A program made the position numbers and the translations under genes. Below are positions 51,494-60,828 of a stretch of 64,000 bases of DNA, one piece after another; position 1 is the first letter of the stretch, and each line of letters starts with the position of its first letter. Below the pieces are notes generated by a model, which searched no databases, had not been told where the DNA came from, and saw only the letters and a program-made list of their open reading frames with translations. Source of the DNA: an uncultured Verrucomicrobiae bacterium. Lineage in GTDB: Bacteria; Verrucomicrobiota; Verrucomicrobiia; Chthoniobacterales; Terrimicrobiaceae. Location: contig CAVXQK010000012.1 in assembly GCA_963763735.1 (NCBI GenBank), positions 14,803 to 78,802 of the forward strand, given 5' to 3'.

Positions 51494-54010
51494 GTGGCGC
51501 TCGACCCGATCACCTTTCCCACGTCTGTGTTGCAGACTGCTCCCGAGGCGAACATCGAGGATCGGATCGATGATCTTCTGGCACAGATGACTTTGAAGGA
51601 GAAAGTGAGCCTTTGTCATGCGGGGTCCAAGTTCGCCGTTTCGGCGATTCCCCGATTGGGAATCCCTGAGTTCTGGATGTCGGATGGCCCGCACGGCGTC
51701 AGGCATGAAATCTGTCGTGACAGTTGGGACCCGGTGGAGACCGAAGAAGACCGTTCGACCTATTTGCCCACCGGAACGGCTTTGGCGGCGACTTGGAATT
51801 CCGCTTTGGCTCGCAGGTTTGGCGAAGTGCTTGGCGCAGAGTCGCGGCATCGCGGCAAGGACATGATCCTGGGGCCGGGAATCAACATCGTTCGCACGCC
51901 GATTTGCGGCCGGACCTTCGAATATTATGGGGAAGACCCCTTTCAAATCGGGAAGATGGTTGTTCCCGTTGTCCAGGGAATTCAGAGCCAGCAGGTCGCC
52001 GCCTGTGTGAAGCACTACGCCGCGAACAGCCAGGAGCTCAACCGTCAGGGAGTTGACGCCCGGATGGACGAGCGCACGCTGCGCGAGATTTATCTCCCGG
52101 GGTTCGAAGCAGCCGTGGTTCAGGGTGGGTGCCTCGCAGTGATGGGGGCATACAACAAGTTTCGCGGCCAGTATTGCTCGCACAATGAGCATCTCGTGAA
52201 CCGTATCCTCAAAGGGGAGTGGAGTTTCGAGGGCTGTTATGTCTCGGATTGGGCCGCTGTTGAGGACACCTTTGAAGCGGCGCGTTTTGGACTTGATCTG
52301 GAGATGGGCACCGACAAGCCCTATGATGAGTATTATCTGGCCCGTCCGTTTCGGGAGGCCATCCAGCGCGGCGATCTGGACGAGGCCCTGGTGGATGAGA
52401 AAGCGCGCCGCAACTTGCGGGTTATGTTCCAGGTTGGAATGTTCGATCCCAACCGGGCGCGGGGCGAGCGCAATTCGGCCGGGCATCATCGTGCCGCGCT
52501 CGAAATCGCCCGTGAGGCGATCGTTCTGCTCAAGAACGAAGGAGATGTTCTGCCGCTCGATAGGAATCGCCTGTCGCGCGTGGTCGTGGTTGGCGACAAC
52601 GCTGTGGCCCGCCACGCTCAGGGAGGGCATAGCTCGGGGGTCAAAGCTCTTTACGAAGTGACGCCTTTGGAAGGATTGCGTGACAGACTCGGGGATGCGG
52701 TTGCGATCGATTTTTTCCAGGGTTATCCAGCTCAAGGCGCCGATTTCGAACCCATCGATCCCGCGTTCCTCGGGCTGGCGGACGAGGGAGCCGGCACACG
52801 CGGGTGGAAGGCTGTCTACTGGAGCCAGCGAGATGGCCGCGGGGAACGGCTGTCGAGGGCGGACGTGGCGATCGATTTCGATTGGACGCAGTCAACCCCG
52901 CTTCCCGGCACTGCGCCCGGGCAGTATTCGGTGAATTGGGTAACGACCCTGGTCCCTCCCGAGTCGGGCGCCTATGAGTTTGTTTTGGTCGGAGCCTGTC
53001 ACGCGAGTTTCTTGATCGACGGAATTCCGGTGATTCATCGTTTCGATCAGGGAACTGGAACCGTTTTCAAGTCCGTCGATCTCCAGGGCGGGCGCAATTA
53101 TGAGTTACGCGTTGAGTTGAGGCCGGGCCATTCAGCGGTCAGGATCAAGGTGGGCTGGATTCCGCCTTGGAAACGCCGGGATCCGGACGACGAGGGCCAG
53201 TTCGTGCAGGCGGTCAAGTCGGCCGATGCCGTTCTCTTTTTCGGTGGACTCAATCATCAGTACGACCTCGAGGGCACGGATCGCCGTGATATGGCGCTTC
53301 ACGAAGGCCAGAACGAGCTGATAGCTCGCATCGCGGGCTTGAATCCGAAGACCGTGATCGTGCTGGTGAGTGGTTCGCCCGTCGAAATGCCGTGGGTCAG
53401 CGAGGTTCCGGCGATTGTTCAAATGTGGTATGCGGGGATGGAGGGAGGCAATGCGATCGCTGATGTCCTGGTCGGAAACACTAATCCGTCCGGAAAGCTG
53501 CCGATGACTTTCCCCAAAGCGCTGGGGGATTCCCCCGCGCACGCTTTAGGCGATTACAACGCCGCGGTTTGCCGGTACGAGGAAGGAATCTTTGTTGGCT
53601 ACCGCTGGTTTGACGCAAGAGGAATCGAGCCATTGTTTCCTTTCGGTCACGGTCTCAGCTACAGCGAATTCGAATTGGCTGCGCTTTCCGTCGAAACGAC
53701 CGATGAGGGCGTTCGCGTGTCTCTCGTCGTGAAAAATACAAGCGATCGCGCCGGTGCGGAGGTCGTCCAACTGTATGTTGGCCAGTTCGTTTGTTCGGTT
53801 GAACGTCCGCCTCGCGAACTCAAGGAGTTTGCCAAGATTGCTCTTGCGCCGGGTGAATCGAGGCGGGTGCAATTTGATCTTCCTCGACGGGCATTTGCTT
53901 TTTGGAGCAATGCGAAGGGCGACTGGGTCGTCGAACCAGGGCAATTTCTCCTGGAAGTAGGAGTTTCCTCCCGTCGAATCAACCTAAGGCAGGCGATCGA
54001 ACTGGAGTGA
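51494..54010 (+). CDS. glycoside hydrolase family 3 beta-glucosidase
   Basis: 'MTLKEKVSL', 'GRTFEYYGEDP', nucleophile region 'CYVSDWAAV', C-terminal Fn3-like domain. Start uncertain (the longest ORF starts at 51440). Confidence 0.9.
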   Translation: MALDPITFPTSVLQTAPEANIEDRIDDLLAQMTLKEKVSLCHAGSKFAVSAIPRLGIPEFWMSDGPHGVRHEICRDSWDPVETEEDRSTYLPTGTALAATWNSALARRFGEVLGAESRHRGKDMILGPGINIVRTPICGRTFEYYGEDPFQIGKMVVPVVQGIQSQQVAACVKHYAANSQELNRQGVDARMDERTLREIYLPGFEAAVVQGGCLAVMGAYNKFRGQYCSHNEHLVNRILKGEWSFEGCYVSDWAAVEDTFEAARFGLDLEMGTDKPYDEYYLARPFREAIQRGDLDEALVDEKARRNLRVMFQVGMFDPNRARGERNSAGHHRAALEIAREAIVLLKNEGDVLPLDRNRLSRVVVVGDNAVARHAQGGHSSGVKALYEVTPLEGLRDRLGDAVAIDFFQGYPAQGADFEPIDPAFLGLADEGAGTRGWKAVYWSQRDGRGERLSRADVAIDFDWTQSTPLPGTAPGQYSVNWVTTLVPPESGAYEFVLVGACHASFLIDGIPVIHRFDQGTGTVFKSVDLQGGRNYELRVELRPGHSAVRIKVGWIPPWKRRDPDDEGQFVQAVKSADAVLFFGGLNHQYDLEGTDRRDMALHEGQNELIARIAGLNPKTVIVLVSGSPVEMPWVSEVPAIVQMWYAGMEGGNAIADVLVGNTNPSGKLPMTFPKALGDSPAHALGDYNAAVCRYEEGIFVGYRWFDARGIEPLFPFGHGLSYSEFELAALSVETTDEGVRVSLVVKNTSDRAGAEVVQLYVGQFVCSVERPPRELKEFAKIALAPGESRRVQFDLPRRAFAFWSNAKGDWVVEPGQFLLEVGVSSRRINLRQAIELE

Positions 54011-54033
54011 GATGCGCGCGTGTTTGGCCGCCT

Positions 54034-54471
54034 CTACTTCAATTCCGCGTTATAGAATTCTGTCCAGTCGTCCAGATTGTTGAGGTTGACGGCGTCGCGC
54101 GGAGCGCCGTCCGGGAGGCCCGCTGCGCCGAGGACTGTGCGTCGCGTCTCGTCGTCATGAATATAGCCGGTGATCGATCCGTTGAGCTTTTCGATCGACT
54201 CCTTATCGATCCTGGCGCCGGGCTGCTCGCGAACCCACTGTTCGAACTGCGGATAGGTCGGACGTTTCCCGGCGATGAAAGAGACCACCGCGTCGCGATC
54301 CAGACCGAGACCGTCGATGACCATCTGATCGAAGCCGTGGCCAACCGCTGGGTAGCCCGTTGCGAGTTTATCGCGGGCGTCGAGCGAGACCTTTAGCCAG
54401 AGACGTGGAAGGTGCAAAACGCCGAGCGGCCCGGCGATGCCTGAGCTGATGAGGGGAACGAATTTTGACAT
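54034..54471 (-). CDS. DUF5069-like hypothetical protein
   Basis: 'GPLGVLHLPRLWLKVSLDARDKLATGYPAVGHGFDQMVIDGLGL'. ATG at 54471. Confidence 0.5.
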   Translation of the reverse strand: MSKFVPLISSGIAGPLGVLHLPRLWLKVSLDARDKLATGYPAVGHGFDQMVIDGLGLDRDAVVSFIAGKRPTYPQFEQWVREQPGARIDKESIEKLNGSITGYIHDDETRRTVLGAAGLPDGAPRDAVNLNNLDDWTEFYNAELK

Positions 54472-54585
54472 AGCGCTGTCAATAGAACGCATGCCGGCTG
54501 AGAGGTCAATCCGGGCGGCGGAACCGCGCACGAAATTTCCGGAAGGTCTTTGCCTGCAACGAGCGACGATTTTGGGCGTCGCTTC

Positions 54586-56121
54586 TCAGGGGTCTTCGAT
54601 CCAGCCAGCCTGTTCCAGGAATCGCAGCAGGCGAGGATCGTGGATTGACAAGGCGGGCAGCCACGGTCCCAATTCCTCCCGGGTCCACCAGAGACCCTCC
54701 GGGTTCGCCGGATTGGCGAATTTGTAGCGGTAAAGTGTGGCGCGGACGAAGCGGGGTGGTTTATCGGGAAAGGGATTGCCCGCGAAAAGGCCCAGGGCGC
54801 CGGGGTCGTTGTGGAGCAGCTTCCAAACGAGATGGAGAGCCCAGGGATAGTCCTGGGCAGTCGCCATGGAGGCGAACCACATTTGCCAATCGAGCCGCGG
54901 CTGATAGGGCGCAATTTGCGGTGGCATTTTCCTTGGGTCCGTGGGCAATGCAACATACGGATACGCCTTCCAGACTGCTTGAGGGTCATCCGGCGTGTCG
55001 GCGTCGGTTCCTTCGAAAACCACATTGAGACGCTCGCGGCCCACGCTTCCAAATGCCCCATAGGTATTCACCAGATTGAGAGGATCGAAGGAGGTGTTCA
55101 TGATCTGGCGGGCGGAAAGCATGTTTGTCACGGGCGGGATGCTGAGAATACCGACCAGCGCTGCGACAGCCCAACTGCTCGCTTCCATCGCCCGGCTTCG
55201 AGTCGCGTGAATCGTCGCAAGATTGGCCCGCCGCAAGAGCTGGCTGGGAAGAACTTTCGACCAGACGGCGTCATCAAAGCACGCCAGCGCGGGAACGATG
55301 GTCAACCAGTTCAAAAAGGAAAGATTTCCACTGGCAATGAGTGCGAGTTGGAATGCGATAATTACTCCTCCCGCTAGGCGCCGGGCAAGACAAGGCCAGA
55401 ACACAAGCCAGGGCGCGATGAGCTCGGCGATATGGCTGAAAAGGACGCCTGTCTTGAGGACAGCTTTGGGCAGGAAGTGAAACCAACGGCTAAGTGGATT
55501 GGGAATTGGCTGCGTCTCAAAGTGATAGTTCAACGCCGTGAGATCCCGCCAAGCCGTATCACCCCGCATCTTGATCAGTCCTGCTCCGAGCATGATCCGA
55601 AAGATCAACCAGCGAAACAGCCAGAGCACCACCAAGGGCGGTGCACACCTGGGAAACGGCCGGCCATCCCACAGAGGGCAGAGAAAGATCGCCAGAAAGC
55701 CTGTTTCGATGAGCTGGATTTCCCATCCGTAGCCATACCAATCTTGTCCGATGTGAACGATGGAGAGGTAGAGCGCCCACAATGTGGCCATGAGAATGGC
55801 GTTCGCGTAGCCGAGAACAACGATGCACGCCAGCGCGAGACCCGCCCATGCCGTCCCCATGAGCGTGGAATCCGAGTGGCCCAGCCAAAAAAGCGAGGGT
55901 AACGCAACGAACGCCGAAGACGTCGAGCCGAAGTAATCGCGCGCTCGTTCCAGAAAGGAGCCGGCGGGCGTCAGCCCGTGTTCACCCACCAGAGGAACAA
56001 GCTGCCTCGCGGCCGCCAGAAACGCCACGGCGTAGACCACCCCCAGGAGCCGGAGAATGACGAAGCGCGTCAGCCAGTAACTCTTTTCCGAGAGTTGGGC
56101 TGATCCGTTGGGTCGCGTCAT
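54586..56121 (-). CDS. lipase maturation factor family membrane protein
   Basis: 511 aa polytopic protein. 'YWLTRFVILRLLGVVYAVAFLAAARQLVPLVGEHGLTP', 'PRLDWQMWFA'. Confidence 0.7.
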   Translation of the reverse strand: MTRPNGSAQLSEKSYWLTRFVILRLLGVVYAVAFLAAARQLVPLVGEHGLTPAGSFLERARDYFGSTSSAFVALPSLFWLGHSDSTLMGTAWAGLALACIVVLGYANAILMATLWALYLSIVHIGQDWYGYGWEIQLIETGFLAIFLCPLWDGRPFPRCAPPLVVLWLFRWLIFRIMLGAGLIKMRGDTAWRDLTALNYHFETQPIPNPLSRWFHFLPKAVLKTGVLFSHIAELIAPWLVFWPCLARRLAGGVIIAFQLALIASGNLSFLNWLTIVPALACFDDAVWSKVLPSQLLRRANLATIHATRSRAMEASSWAVAALVGILSIPPVTNMLSARQIMNTSFDPLNLVNTYGAFGSVGRERLNVVFEGTDADTPDDPQAVWKAYPYVALPTDPRKMPPQIAPYQPRLDWQMWFASMATAQDYPWALHLVWKLLHNDPGALGLFAGNPFPDKPPRFVRATLYRYKFANPANPEGLWWTREELGPWLPALSIHDPRLLRFLEQAGWIEDP

Positions 56122-56342
56122 GATAACAAAGCCCCGATTGGCCGGGTCTTCGGACCATGAGCAAGAGCCCTGTTTCAGTCAACAGCTCTAGCTGTAGCGG
56201 CGATGTCCCCATCGCCGAAATTGATTTGGACGGATTGGAGGGCGATCTCCCATTGCGTTCGCTCGAGACTTCCTGTGGACAACACGGTAATCCCTTCGGC
56301 GATGTCCCCATCACCGCCACAGGTCTAAAAAGCCAACCAGTG

Positions 56343-56723
56343 CTACTCGGCTTTTGTCTTCTGACTCCGCTCGCGAAGCGGCTTGGCAGAAACAACCGGT
56401 GGCTTTGGAACAAAGGCCCGGCCGTTTTCTCGCATGACTTTCAAGTCCTTCGAAAGAGCAACGAGCGCCTTGGGTATTCCCTTGTATTCCTTGCCGGTCT
56501 TATGGACCTGGCCCTGCTGCACGAGATTCTGAAGTTTCTCGTAGGCGCGCAGTCGCAGCATTTCCTCGCCGCCGCCGGCAACATTTCGAGCCCGAAGACC
56601 CGCATGCACCAAAAGGAAAAGCGCTTTGAATTCGTATGATCTTGAATCCGATAGCACCGACACTAATTCTTCAGTGACGTTGTCGGGGCCGCGGCGTGAA
56701 AAGGAACTGTATTTTGAGCTGAT
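56343..56723 (-). CDS. small conserved hypothetical protein, paralog B ('GGEEMLRLRAYEKLQNLV' family); canonical start possibly lost
   Basis: The listed ORF starts at GTG 56663. Homology to paralog A continues upstream ('FSRRGPDNVTEELVSVL' vs 'FSRRLPDLVTEELVAAL') up to ATC 56721-56723, which sits right after an in-frame TAA. Confidence 0.5.
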   Translation of the reverse strand: MSSKYSSFSRRGPDNVTEELVSVLSDSRSYEFKALFLLVHAGLRARNVAGGGEEMLRLRAYEKLQNLVQQGQVHKTGKEYKGIPKALVALSKDLKVMRENGRAFVPKPPVVSAKPLRERSQKTKAE

Positions 56724-56957
56724 GGATTAAAATAACACAAATTTCCTAAATGTCCCGAAAGAGTGTGCAGAACTTCAAATTTAGCCGTTTCCAGCCGCTT
56801 GAATTCTCGCGAAATTGTGCCATATTGTGCACAGGCAAGGTTAGCTCCACTGGTTTCGCTGGATAGGTGAAATTGGTTCTCTTAAAAGAGGAGAGAAGAA
56901 ACAGCGTGAGCGGACCTTGCTCCTTTTTTATTTGAACGTTGGGCGTGTGAGCCCAAT

Positions 56958-58796
56958 TCATTTTTCGGTGGCCAGCGGGGTAGCCGTCATCGGAATTCGC
57001 CAGACACGATGGGGCGCGTCAAATCCTCGAAAGCGGACCTCGGAGAGTTGGGGTTCCGGTGGGGTTGGCCAGCTTTTCAGGAATGCGGCCATTTCCGGGC
57101 GCTGGAAGATTTCCTCCGAGACGGCGAGGTCGCCGCCGTGACAACAGGACACCATGCGTGCCGCCAGGTTGATCGTTGTGCCGAAGAAATCGAGCCGCTC
57201 GTTTGCGTTTACGGCAAGGCAGGCTCCGACATGGAGGCTGGCTTTCAACATCAGGGCGGCGGCGTTTGAGCGCGGCAGCGGGAGATCGCGGTTCATGTCG
57301 CGAACGGCTTCCAAAGCTTCATCCACACGGCTAAAGCACGCCATCACGGCATCGCCGATCGTCTTGACGACCGTGCCGTGATAGCGGCCGACAGCCGAAG
57401 TCAGGACGTTGAAATGGTCCCGCACCAATGCGTAAGCGGGCGCGTCGCCGATATCACGGTAGATCGCCGTGGAGCCGCGCAAATCGGTGAACAGGATCAC
57501 TTGCGATCCGACTTTGATATCTTCGTCGGCAGAGACAACCTCACTCGAAAAGAGATCGCGGAATTCCTGCCAATTCGTTACTCGGGCAGCGGTCAGGATG
57601 TCATCGCTCCATCCAATTTGATCAAGATTCAGCAAGACAGGGAAAGGATTCGGATTGTGGACGCGAGCGACGCTGCCCTCTTCGGAACCGCGCTCGTATT
57701 TGATCTGGAATCCGGAGGCGTCTGTGCGGATGAAGGCCGGGCAGTCCTCGCGGAGTTGACCGGGATCGAGGGTGACGGAGCCCTTCACTTGCGGCGAGCG
57801 CAACCGCATCGTTCGCGTCATGGGTGGCAGCTTCCAGGTTCGTTCCTGGCCGGCTTCCAAATAAGTTTGGCTGATCACGTGCGGTCTGCCTCCCGGTCCG
57901 GCGAGACAGAACGTTTGCTCTTCGCGCCTGCGAACAGCCGGATTTACCGCGAACTTGAGCTCGACGGATTTATCGAGCTCGGCGTCAAACTCGATCTGGC
58001 ATACGTCGCAATGCGATGTTTGAGTCAGACCCTTGAGGGATTTGACCTGCTCCCGCGATGAACGGCAGTTCGGACACAGAATTTCCCAGCGGAAGTCCAG
58101 CAGACCGCTGCGCGTGGCATGCAGGAAAAGGGAGAGGACCTCCCACGAATCGGCACCCCAATGTCTCGCGACGGCCAAGGGGCGAATGTGCGTCAGTTCC
58201 ACATCGGGCGCCTCGCGCAGCATCCTTTCCAGGCGATCGATATTCTCCGTGGGGAGCCCGGCCCCCCGCAGCCTGTCGAGGCCGGCTCGCAGCGCGGCTT
58301 CGTCCACGGGTTGAACGGTCAAGCGCGGCAGGGCCACCGGCTTCTGCCCGCGCAGAAAATCGGTCACATGGGCCGTGATGCGGCGCATATCGAGCCGCAT
58401 CTTTGGAAAAAGGACTCTTTCCGCCAGGAATTTTCCGAGCGCATTCCGCGGAAAAATCTCGGCAACGACCTTCACACGTGTCCCGCCAGGTTGCCGAATC
58501 AGGTCGATCCCGCCGTTGGCTTCGCGCAATGGACCCCCTTCGAAGACCCGCCGGACGCGATAGAACTCCGGTTCGAGCCACTCGAAGGGGAATTCCTGCC
58601 AGACGGCCTCGAGGCCGGCCAGGCGCGTTCGAGCGTGGGTCGTGCTGCCGCCTTCGGGATTCGCGGTGAACTCATAGCGCACGGCCGGGAGTCCGAGCGC
58701 GCGGTTCATCCAATCCGTATTGCTCAGGGCGGGCCAGATCACCTCCGGGGCGAAGGGCAAGTCGTGCAGGACTTCGAATTGAATTGCGCCTTCCAT
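56958..58796 (-). CDS. class III adenylate/guanylate cyclase with N-terminal SRPBCC-like and zinc-ribbon regions
   Basis: 'VILFTDLRGSTAIYRDIGD...GTVVKTIGDAVMACF', 'CPNCRSS...CDVCQIEF'. Confidence 0.85.
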   Translation of the reverse strand: MEGAIQFEVLHDLPFAPEVIWPALSNTDWMNRALGLPAVRYEFTANPEGGSTTHARTRLAGLEAVWQEFPFEWLEPEFYRVRRVFEGGPLREANGGIDLIRQPGGTRVKVVAEIFPRNALGKFLAERVLFPKMRLDMRRITAHVTDFLRGQKPVALPRLTVQPVDEAALRAGLDRLRGAGLPTENIDRLERMLREAPDVELTHIRPLAVARHWGADSWEVLSLFLHATRSGLLDFRWEILCPNCRSSREQVKSLKGLTQTSHCDVCQIEFDAELDKSVELKFAVNPAVRRREEQTFCLAGPGGRPHVISQTYLEAGQERTWKLPPMTRTMRLRSPQVKGSVTLDPGQLREDCPAFIRTDASGFQIKYERGSEEGSVARVHNPNPFPVLLNLDQIGWSDDILTAARVTNWQEFRDLFSSEVVSADEDIKVGSQVILFTDLRGSTAIYRDIGDAPAYALVRDHFNVLTSAVGRYHGTVVKTIGDAVMACFSRVDEALEAVRDMNRDLPLPRSNAAALMLKASLHVGACLAVNANERLDFFGTTINLAARMVSCCHGGDLAVSEEIFQRPEMAAFLKSWPTPPEPQLSEVRFRGFDAPHRVWRIPMTATPLATEK

Positions 58797-58855
58797 TTGC
58801 TCTGACGCTGATTCAAACTCCTCGTGCCGAACAACTTAGCTTGTCAAATTTCCCC

Positions 58856-59133
58856 ATGATCGGCAGTTTCGTGCAAATGAACACAGGAGCACTTCCCGTG
58901 ATCCTGATGCATGGCGAAGGTGATATATTGCATGCCTTTGGTGAAGAAGTTATCGTTCATCTGTCCGGTGCGCAAACCGCCGGAAAAGCCGGATGCTTGT
59001 CGAGACAAGTCCGGCTGGATTCGAGACGTTTTTTGCGCGTTGCGCCCAGGAATTTGCCAAGCCGGGCGGGCTCGACAGGCAACACGTTGTCGCCATCAGC
59101 TCGGAGCATGGCATTCACTTTGTTGGCCCCTGA
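58856..59133 (+). pseudogene. cupin-family gene remnant with internal deletion/frame change
   Basis: Frame 2 gives 'ALPVILMHGEGDILHAFGEEVIVHLSGAQTAGK'. Another frame then gives 'RMLVETSPAGFETFFARCAQEFAKPGGLDRQHVVAISSEHGIHFVGP*'. The metal-binding cupin core between them is missing. Confidence 0.45.
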
Positions 59134-59239
59134 AGTTCGCTCTCGCTGAACCGCGAGATTTCCAGGTAGGTTTCCTGGAATCGATCCCTCCCCAAAATCG
59201 TCCAGGCAGGCAAGGCGGCCAGGTCCCTCGGCGTGGCGC

Positions 59240-60520
59240 TTGCTGGTCTTTAGTCTCCTGACCCTTGGAATCATCGTATCTGTATTTTTTCCCGTAGTCA
59301 TTTCGAGCAAACAGCCTCAGAAAGCTGCGGCGGCGCCCGTCCCGCCGAGCCCTGATGTGATGGAGGAACAGGCGCTCGCTCTTCAGGACAAGGGAGACTT
59401 CGCGGCTGCGGAGGATCTGTTTCGCAAATGCCTGGCGGAGCGCCAGAGGGTGCTTGGAAGCGAGCACATCGACACGCTTGCGGCTGTGAACAACCTCGCC
59501 AATCTGCTGCACGATCGCGGCAGCGATACCGAGGCGAAGTCCCTTCACCAGCAGTGCCTGGAAGCCCGGGAGCGCACTCTTGGGCCGGACCATCCCCACA
59601 CCCTGGCCAGCTTGACCAATTTGGCGCTCGTTCTATCCGCAAAAGGCGATTACGCCGCCGCGGAACCGCTTTCCCGGCGGGCGTGGGAATCGATGCGGCG
59701 CATTGCGGGTCCCGAGGATTCCGACACGCTTTCCTGCCTGAACAATCTGGCTAACTTGCTCTCGGACAAAGGAGATTACGCCTCTGCCGAGCCGTTGTAT
59801 CGACAGTTGGTTCAGTCGCTCGAAGACAGGTTTGGACCGGAGAATCGGGCGACGCTCGCCGGGCAGGGCAATCTGGCGAACCTCCTCTTGCGAAAGGGCG
59901 ATCCTTGGGCGGCCGGACCGATTTATCAGCGTTGTCTCGAAGTCCGCGAACGTACCCAGGGTCGCGACCATCCCGAAACCCTGCTGGCGCTCAACAATTT
60001 CGCCGCGTTTCAGTTGGAAACGGGCAACTATTCGGAGGCCGAATATCTTTACCGTCGCTGTTTGGAGAGCCGGCAAAAATCCCTGGGGTCGGACCATCCC
60101 GATACCCTTGCCAGCACGGAGAATCTGGCACGGACTCTGAGGAAAGCGGGCAAGCTCGATGAAGCCGAACTCCTGGCGCGCAGCGGACTTGCTGATCGCG
60201 AGCGGGTGCTCGGCTCCAAACACCCCGATACCTTCAGCAATCTGGCCACCCTCGCGGACATCTTGCGCGACAACGGGGATATCTCCAGCGCGGCGGCGCT
60301 TTACGATCAAGCCTTGGAAGGCCTGCGCCAAGCGTCGGGTCCGGCTCATCCCGATACCCTGCGTGTGCTTTACGAATATGCCCTGCTTCGAAAGAATCAG
60401 CGCAAAGATATCGAGGCGCGACGCCTGGCATTTCAACTCGTGGCAGCCGCTCGCCGCACCCTCCCTCCGAACAGCCCCGACCGGGTGAAATACGAGCAAC
60501 TCGTGGAGTCCCTTCGGTAG
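59240..60520 (+). CDS. membrane-anchored tetratricopeptide (TPR_10/12-type) repeat protein
   Basis: N-terminal TM helix, then about 8 repeats of the type 'AEPLYRRxLExxxxxLGxxHPDTLxxxxNLAxxL'. Confidence 0.85.
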   Translation: MLVFSLLTLGIIVSVFFPVVISSKQPQKAAAAPVPPSPDVMEEQALALQDKGDFAAAEDLFRKCLAERQRVLGSEHIDTLAAVNNLANLLHDRGSDTEAKSLHQQCLEARERTLGPDHPHTLASLTNLALVLSAKGDYAAAEPLSRRAWESMRRIAGPEDSDTLSCLNNLANLLSDKGDYASAEPLYRQLVQSLEDRFGPENRATLAGQGNLANLLLRKGDPWAAGPIYQRCLEVRERTQGRDHPETLLALNNFAAFQLETGNYSEAEYLYRRCLESRQKSLGSDHPDTLASTENLARTLRKAGKLDEAELLARSGLADRERVLGSKHPDTFSNLATLADILRDNGDISSAAALYDQALEGLRQASGPAHPDTLRVLYEYALLRKNQRKDIEARRLAFQLVAAARRTLPPNSPDRVKYEQLVESLR

Positions 60521-60531
60521 GCTAGGGCTGA

Positions 60532-60571
60532 GTTGAGAGTTGAAAGTTGAGAGTCGAGAGTTGAAATTGAG
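60532..60571. repeat. five in-phase heptamers GTTGARA/GTCGAGA plus a partial sixth
   Basis: GTTGAGA GTTGAAA GTTGAGA GTCGAGA GTTGAAA TTGAG, starting 12 nt after the TPR stop. Confidence 0.8.
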
Positions 60572-60575
60572 CTCT

Positions 60576-60731
60576 ATGAAGTCCACGGAATTTAACCTCC
60601 CCGAAAAGGAAGTTGAAACGGAAGCCGAACAGCACGCCGAGGAAACTCGGCGAGCCGTCGCGGCAGCTTCCAAGAGCCAGCAGCCGATGCGGAAGAAACA
60701 GCCCAGCCGCCGCAAAGGCCGCCGTCTCTAG
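60576..60731 (+). CDS. possible 51-aa acidic/basic small protein
   Basis: ATG lies directly after the heptamer array. G/C-rich third codon positions. 'MKSTEFNLPEKEVETEAEQHAEETRR...RKKQPSRRKGRRL'. Confidence 0.3.
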   Translation: MKSTEFNLPEKEVETEAEQHAEETRRAVAAASKSQQPMRKKQPSRRKGRRL

Positions 60732-60828
60732 CTTGGAATAATAAGCAGTCAACCGGGGCGTTGAACCGGTCGCTCAATCTGAGAGCCGGACCGGAAGGCG
60801 GTTTGCGCCCCAAGCCCCTGGCCTTGCT

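Noticed and set aside
56664-56957. AT-richer 300-bp intergenic region with short hairpins and a T-run (about 56905-56935), considered as an sRNA or terminator.
   Set aside because: The stems are only 4-5 bp, and no recognisable ncRNA family motifs (6S, SRP, tmRNA, RNase P, riboswitch cores) were seen.
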